In this document: piece after piece, positions 35,664 through 40,000 of the stretch | Position numbering within the stretch: the first letter of the stretch is position 1 | How the letters are laid out: each line of letters starts with the position of its first letter | NCBI RefSeq assembly: GCF_025215095.1 | Contig: NZ_JALHAP010000078.1 | Location: 277,425 to 317,424 of the forward strand | From: Dryocola boscaweniae | Lineage (GTDB): Bacteria; Pseudomonadota; Gammaproteobacteria; Enterobacterales; Enterobacteriaceae | Reading direction: 5' to 3' | DNA: 40,000 nucleotides | Position numbers and translations under genes: made by a program | The notes under the pieces: model-generated | Databases searched by the model: none | Told to the model about the DNA's origin: nothing | The model's input: only the letters and a program-made list of their open reading frames with translations

Positions 35664-36491
35664 ATGAAAAAGGTTGCGATTGTCGGGTTAGGATGGTTGG
35701 GCATGCCGCTTGCGCTGTCATTATCAGCGCGAGGCTGGCAGGTTACAGGAAGCAAAACTACGCTCGACGGCGTTGAAGCGGCGCGCATGTGCGGTATCGA
35801 TAGTTATCAACTGCAACTGACGCCGGAACTGGTTTGCGATAGCGACGATCTGGATGCGCTATTAAACGTTGACGCGCTTGTCATTACGCTTCCCGCTCGC
35901 CGGACAGGCGAAGGTGATGATTTTTATCTGCAGGCGGTGCAGGAAATTGTCGATAGCGCTCTGGCGCATCAAATTCCGCGTATCATTTTTACCAGTTCGA
36001 CTTCCGTTTACGGGGACGTTGAGGGAACGGTGAAAGAGAGCTCAATGCTTGCCCCGGCTACCGCCAGCGGACGCGTGTTAAAAGAGCTGGAGCAGTGGCT
36101 GCATGATTTGCCGGGCACGTCAGTCGATATCCTGCGTCTGGCGGGGCTGGTGGGGCCGGAACGCCACCCGGGACGTTTTCTTGCCGGCAAAGCGGATGTC
36201 GCCAACGGCAGTCATGGCGTTAATCTGGTTCACCTTGAAGATGTTATTTCCGCAATTACGCTTCTGCTGCAGGCTCCTAAGGGTGGACACATCTATAATT
36301 TATGTGCGCCCGCTCATCCATCGCGTGAAGAGTTTTATTCCCAGATGGCGCGCCAGCTCAATCTGGCGGCGCCGACGTTTCGCGCGCAGGAAAAATCGGG
36401 GCACGGCAAGCTTGTGGACGGCAGCCGTATTTGCAATGAACTGGGGTTTGAATATCAGTATCCAAATCCGTTAGTGATGCCCATGCAGTAG
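35664..36491 (+). CDS. yeeZ: NAD(P)-binding SDR-like protein YeeZ
   Basis: The ATG at 35664 (ggagagaagg SD) gives MKKVAIVGLGWLGMPLALSLSARGWQVTGSKTT, near-identical to recalled E. coli YeeZ. 275 aa. Confidence 0.9.
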   Translation: MKKVAIVGLGWLGMPLALSLSARGWQVTGSKTTLDGVEAARMCGIDSYQLQLTPELVCDSDDLDALLNVDALVITLPARRTGEGDDFYLQAVQEIVDSALAHQIPRIIFTSSTSVYGDVEGTVKESSMLAPATASGRVLKELEQWLHDLPGTSVDILRLAGLVGPERHPGRFLAGKADVANGSHGVNLVHLEDVISAITLLLQAPKGGHIYNLCAPAHPSREEFYSQMARQLNLAAPTFRAQEKSGHGKLVDGSRICNELGFEYQYPNPLVMPMQ

Positions 36492-36530
36492 CGCAGCGGG
36501 TGGCATTGCTCGTTACCGCAGGGGGCGAGT

Positions 36531-37457
36531 TTGAAACCATTGCTGGACGTATTGATCATACTTGATACCCTCGATAAAGAAGGGAGCTTTGCTGCGGCAG
36601 CGACAAAGCTCTTTAAAACCCCCTCCGCGCTCAGTTACACCGTTCAAAAACTCGAAAACGACCTCAATATCCAAATTCTCGACCGCTCCGGTCATCGGGC
36701 GCGTTTTACGCGAACCGGCCAGCTTCTGCTGGAAAAAGGCCGCGAAGTTCTGCATACGGTACGCGAACTGGAACAGCAGGCGATTAAGCTTCATCAGGGC
36801 TGGGAAAACGAGCTGGTGATTGGCGTGGATGATTCCTTCCCGTTTTCATTGCTCACGCCGCTTATCGAGGCCTTTTATAAAAGCTACAGCGTAACGCGCC
36901 TGAAGTTTATTAACGGCGTGCTGGGCGGATCGTGGGAGGCGCTCACCGAGGGGAGGGCGGATATTATTGTCGGCGCGATGAGCGATCCCCCGTCGCTGAG
37001 CGGATTTGGATTTACGTTGCTCGGGCAACTGGAGATCGTCTTTGTTGTCGCCCCTCACCATCCGCTGGCAGAAGCGGAAGAACCGCTAACCCGACGCATG
37101 ATCAAACGCAGCAGGGCGGTCGTTGTCGGTGACACCTCTCGTCTTGAACCCTCGCGTGCGATGCACCTTCTTGAAGATCAGGAAGCGATCACCGTATTTG
37201 ACTTCAAAACCAAGCTTGAACTGCAAATCAGCGGCATCGGCTGCGGTTATATGCCGCGCTATATGGCCCAGCGTTTCATCGAAAGCGGCGTATTGGTTGA
37301 GAAGCAGGTCGTTTCTCATGTGCCTTTTGTGCCTGTCTGGATCGGCTGGAATGAGCAAACCGCCGGGCTTGCCAGCGAGTGGTGGCGGGAACAAATCGTC
37401 GCCAGCCCAGAAATCGCCACCGTTTACGGCACGACGAAAAATAATGCTTCCGGGTGA
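36531..37457 (+). CDS. yeeY: LysR-family transcriptional regulator YeeY
   Basis: 308 aa with a TTG start after a gggggcgag SD. MKPLLDVLIILDTLDKEGSFAAAATKLFKTPSALSYTVQKLE is the wHTH region. Collinear with recalled E. coli YeeY. Confidence 0.9.
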   Translation: MKPLLDVLIILDTLDKEGSFAAAATKLFKTPSALSYTVQKLENDLNIQILDRSGHRARFTRTGQLLLEKGREVLHTVRELEQQAIKLHQGWENELVIGVDDSFPFSLLTPLIEAFYKSYSVTRLKFINGVLGGSWEALTEGRADIIVGAMSDPPSLSGFGFTLLGQLEIVFVVAPHHPLAEAEEPLTRRMIKRSRAVVVGDTSRLEPSRAMHLLEDQEAITVFDFKTKLELQISGIGCGYMPRYMAQRFIESGVLVEKQVVSHVPFVPVWIGWNEQTAGLASEWWREQIVASPEIATVYGTTKNNASG

Positions 37458-37583
37458 GTGGCAGACCCCCGGCCCCACATCTATTGTTAAAAATGGATCG
37501 ATATTTCTTCTGAATATGTCTTCGCGTTGAAATTTTCCCCCCTGCTTTAATTTGCAGAGGTTTTTTGTGCGCAAGGAGTCCGT

Positions 37584-38882
37584 ATGAAGCAAACCAATCA
37601 ACAATGGCAGTCGCGGCGTGAGCAGGCGGTTCCTCACGGAGTGGGTAATTTGCTGCCTGTCTATATAGATAAAGCAAAGAACGCTGAATTATGGGATGTG
37701 GAAGGCAATCGTTACATTGATTTTGCGTCAGGTATCGCCGTCCTGAATACGGGACATAACCATCCGGCAGTGATAGAAGCGGTTCGTCAACAGTTGGACC
37801 ATTTCACCCATCCCTGTTTCCAGGTTACGCCTTATGGCAACTATATCGAGCTTGCTGAACGCCTGAATAAACTGGCCCCGATTAGTGAACCTTGCCAGAC
37901 TTTATTTCTTACAACCGGCGCAGAAGCGGTTGAGAACGCAATCAAAGTCGCGCGAATAGCTACCGGCCGTTCGGCGGTGATTGCTTTTCGCGGCGCATTT
38001 CACGGGCGCACTTTATTAGGCATGGCGTTAACCGGCAAAGTGCAGCCTTATAAAAAAGGTTACGGCCCGTTCCCGGCGGGTATTTATCACGCACCTTATC
38101 CTGCCGCCTATCTTGGCGTTACGGACACCCAGGCGCTTGCCTCGCTGGCGGGTATTTTCGCCGCCGACGTTTCGCCTGACGAGGTCGCCGCAATTATTAT
38201 CGAGCCGGTGCAGGGAGAAGGCGGTTTTTACGCCGCCTCGCCGCAGTTTATGAAGCAGCTTCGTTCCATTTGCGACAAACACGGCATCGTGCTGATAGTT
38301 GATGAAATCCAGAGCGGCTTCTGCCGCACGGGCAAAACGTTCGCTATTGAGCACAGCGAAGTCGAACCGGATTTGATTACCATGGCGAAAAGCCTGGCGG
38401 GCGGCTTCCCGCTTTCGGCGCTGGTAGGAAAAAAATCACTGTTTGATAAAGCGCTGCCGGGCGGACTTGGCGGCACTTACGCAGGGTCGCCTGTCGCCAT
38501 CGCCGCGGCGCTGGCCGTGACCGATATCATTGAGAAAGAACAGCTAAACCTGCGTGCTCAGGCGATAGGGGAGCAAATCACCACAAAATTGCATCAACTG
38601 GCTGAGCGATTTGACTGCATTGGCGATGTGCGCGGATACGGCGCGATGATTGCTATGGAACTGGTCGAAGGGCGCGACAGCCACCGCCCGGATAAGGAAC
38701 TTACCGCCGCGCTGGTGCAGGAGGCGGGCCGTCAGGGGCTTGTCCTTTTATCCTGTGGAGTACGCGCAAACGTCATCAGATTCCTGGTGCCGCTAACCGC
38801 CGAAAAAGAAATTGTTAATCAAGGCCTCAACATCTTGTCATCCTGCCTCGAATTGGTGCAAAATACGCGCCTCACAAAATGA
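37584..38882 (+). CDS. Class-III PLP aminotransferase, GabT/PuuE-like (omega-amino acid:2-oxoglutarate type)
   Basis: 432 aa with a strong aaggag SD. GIAVLNTGH-HP, TTGAEAVENAIK-AR, IIEPVQGEGGFY, DEIQSG--RTG and MAKSLAGGFPL (PLP lysine) are collinear with recalled E. coli GabT. Substrate cannot be assigned from the sequence. Confidence 0.85.
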   Translation: MKQTNQQWQSRREQAVPHGVGNLLPVYIDKAKNAELWDVEGNRYIDFASGIAVLNTGHNHPAVIEAVRQQLDHFTHPCFQVTPYGNYIELAERLNKLAPISEPCQTLFLTTGAEAVENAIKVARIATGRSAVIAFRGAFHGRTLLGMALTGKVQPYKKGYGPFPAGIYHAPYPAAYLGVTDTQALASLAGIFAADVSPDEVAAIIIEPVQGEGGFYAASPQFMKQLRSICDKHGIVLIVDEIQSGFCRTGKTFAIEHSEVEPDLITMAKSLAGGFPLSALVGKKSLFDKALPGGLGGTYAGSPVAIAAALAVTDIIEKEQLNLRAQAIGEQITTKLHQLAERFDCIGDVRGYGAMIAMELVEGRDSHRPDKELTAALVQEAGRQGLVLLSCGVRANVIRFLVPLTAEKEIVNQGLNILSSCLELVQNTRLTK

Positions 38883-38890
38883 GATTAAAA

Positions 38891-38921
38891 AACCGACGTT
38901 AAACGCGTCGGTTATTTTTTT
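38891..38921 (+). terminator. Rho-independent terminator after the aminotransferase gene
   Basis: aaccgacg ttaaacg cgtcggtt (8-bp stem) followed by a T7 tract (atttttttg), 9 nt after the stop. Confidence 0.75.
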
Positions 38922-39088
38922 GCATTGAGTCTAAGCAGTTAAACAGGCATCCGCCAAAAAAACCAAGAGGCCGGGCTTCGTACCGGATAGATATTAGCTT
39001 TTAAAAAACGACAGTCGTGTCGCCGAGGAAAACAAGATGGGGCAGTTTTTTGCTTTTGCGCATGTATCCGCCGTTTGGGGGAATGACC

Positions 39089-40000
39089 ATGTCGCTTAAC
39101 GTCACCGCAGGTGCAAACACCCGCCCAGGTCTGCGTAAGACCCTGACGCTGGTTCCGGTAGTTATGATGGGCCTTGCCTACATGCAGCCGATGACCTTGT
39201 TTGATACTTTCGGTATTGTTTCCGGGATGACCGATGGCCATGTGCCGACGGCTTATGCCTTTGCTCTGGTGGCGATTCTGTTCACCGCGCTGAGCTATGG
39301 CAAGCTGGTGCGTCGTTTCCCGTCTGCGGGTTCCGCCTATACCTACGCCCAGAAAGCAATCAACCCTACCGTTGGGTTTATGGTTGGCTGGTCATCGCTG
39401 CTGGACTACCTGTTCATGCCGATGATCAACATTCTGCTGGCAAAAATTTACTTTGAAGCGCTGGTGCCAGGCGTGCCGTCGTGGCTGTTCGTTGTTGCGC
39501 TGGTGGCCTTTATGACCATCTCTAACCTGCGCAGCATTAAAACCGTGGCCAACTTCAACACCCTGATTGTGGTGCTGCAGATGGGCATCGTTGCGGTAAT
39601 TGTTGGCCTGATTGTTTATGGAGTTTCCCACGGTGAAGGCGCAGGTACGCTGACCAGCAGCCGTCCATTCTGGTCCGGTGATGCGCACGTAGTACCGATG
39701 ATTACCGGCGCGACAATCCTGTGCTTCTCGTTCCTCGGTTTTGACGGTATCTCTTCCTTGTCTGAAGAGACCAAAGACGCTGAGCGCGTGATCCCAAAAG
39801 CCATCTTCCTGACCGCGCTGATTGGCGGGATGGTATTTATCGTTGCATCTTATTTCCTGCAACTGTACTTCCCGGACATCTCTCGCTTTAAGGAGCCGGA
39901 TGCATCCCAGCCGGAAATCATGCTCTATGTAGCGGGCAAAACCTTCCAGTGGGGCGTGCTGATTTTCTCCAGCGTGACCGTTCTGGCTTCCGGTATGGCG
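39089..40000 (+). CDS. plaP: Putrescine importer PlaP (YeeF; APC superfamily), 3' end outside the window
   Basis: Not in the ORF track because no stop occurs before the window end. The ATG at 39089 (gggggaa SD) gives MSLNVTAG...[46 protein letters not shown]... The frame stays open for all 304 codons to base 40000 and is near-identical to recalled E. coli PlaP. The track ORF 39392-39862(-) is its antisense shadow. Confidence 0.9.
   Translation, partial: MSLNVTAGANTRPGLRKTLTLVPVVMMGLAYMQPMTLFDTFGIVSGMTDGHVPTAYAFALVAILFTALSYGKLVRRFPSAGSAYTYAQKAINPTVGFMVGWSSLLDYLFMPMINILLAKIYFEALVPGVPSWLFVVALVAFMTISNLRSIKTVANFNTLIVVLQMGIVAVIVGLIVYGVSHGEGAGTLTSSRPFWSGDAHVVPMITGATILCFSFLGFDGISSLSEETKDAERVIPKAIFLTALIGGMVFIVASYFLQLYFPDISRFKEPDASQPEIMLYVAGKTFQWGVLIFSSVTVLASGMA

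Overview
This window is an Enterobacteriaceae chromosomal surface-polysaccharide locus; the species cannot be determined from the sequence alone. On the + strand it carries the distal part of the colanic-acid (wca/cps) operon: gmm/wcaH (5' truncated by the window edge), wcaI, manC, manB, a REP pair, wcaJ, wzxC, wcaK, wcaL and wcaM. Next come galF and a textbook JUMPstart/ops element. An AT-rich O-antigen cluster follows: rmlB, rmlD, rmlA, a wbbL-like gene, rmlC, a GT2 gene, wzy, a DUF616 gene and a TupA-like ATP-grasp gene. After that are gnd and ugd, then a second AT-rich block. That block holds the only O-unit flippase candidate (wzx) and, on the - strand, a badly decayed UDP-glucuronate 4-epimerase (gla/uge-type) pseudogene with an internal in-place inversion. 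wzzB closes the + strand polysaccharide region. The complete his operon (hisL leader, attenuator, hisGDCBHAFI) converges on the - strand. The window ends with yeeZ, yeeY (LysR family), a GabT-like class-III aminotransferase and the 5' part of plaP/yeeF. plaP runs off the window and is therefore missing from the ORF track. I saw no CRISPR array, tRNA or rRNA, intact IS or phage gene, or recognisable defence system. The most unusual content is in the O-antigen region. It has a split architecture, with the flippase outside the galF-gnd interval. It pairs a DUF616 (plant MUCI70-like) putative glycosyltransferase with a TupA-like ATP-grasp amidoligase, next to rhamnose and uronic-acid precursor genes. 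The epimerase that would supply UDP-GalA is dead. All functional assignments rest on recalled family similarity and motifs read from the translations, not on database searches.
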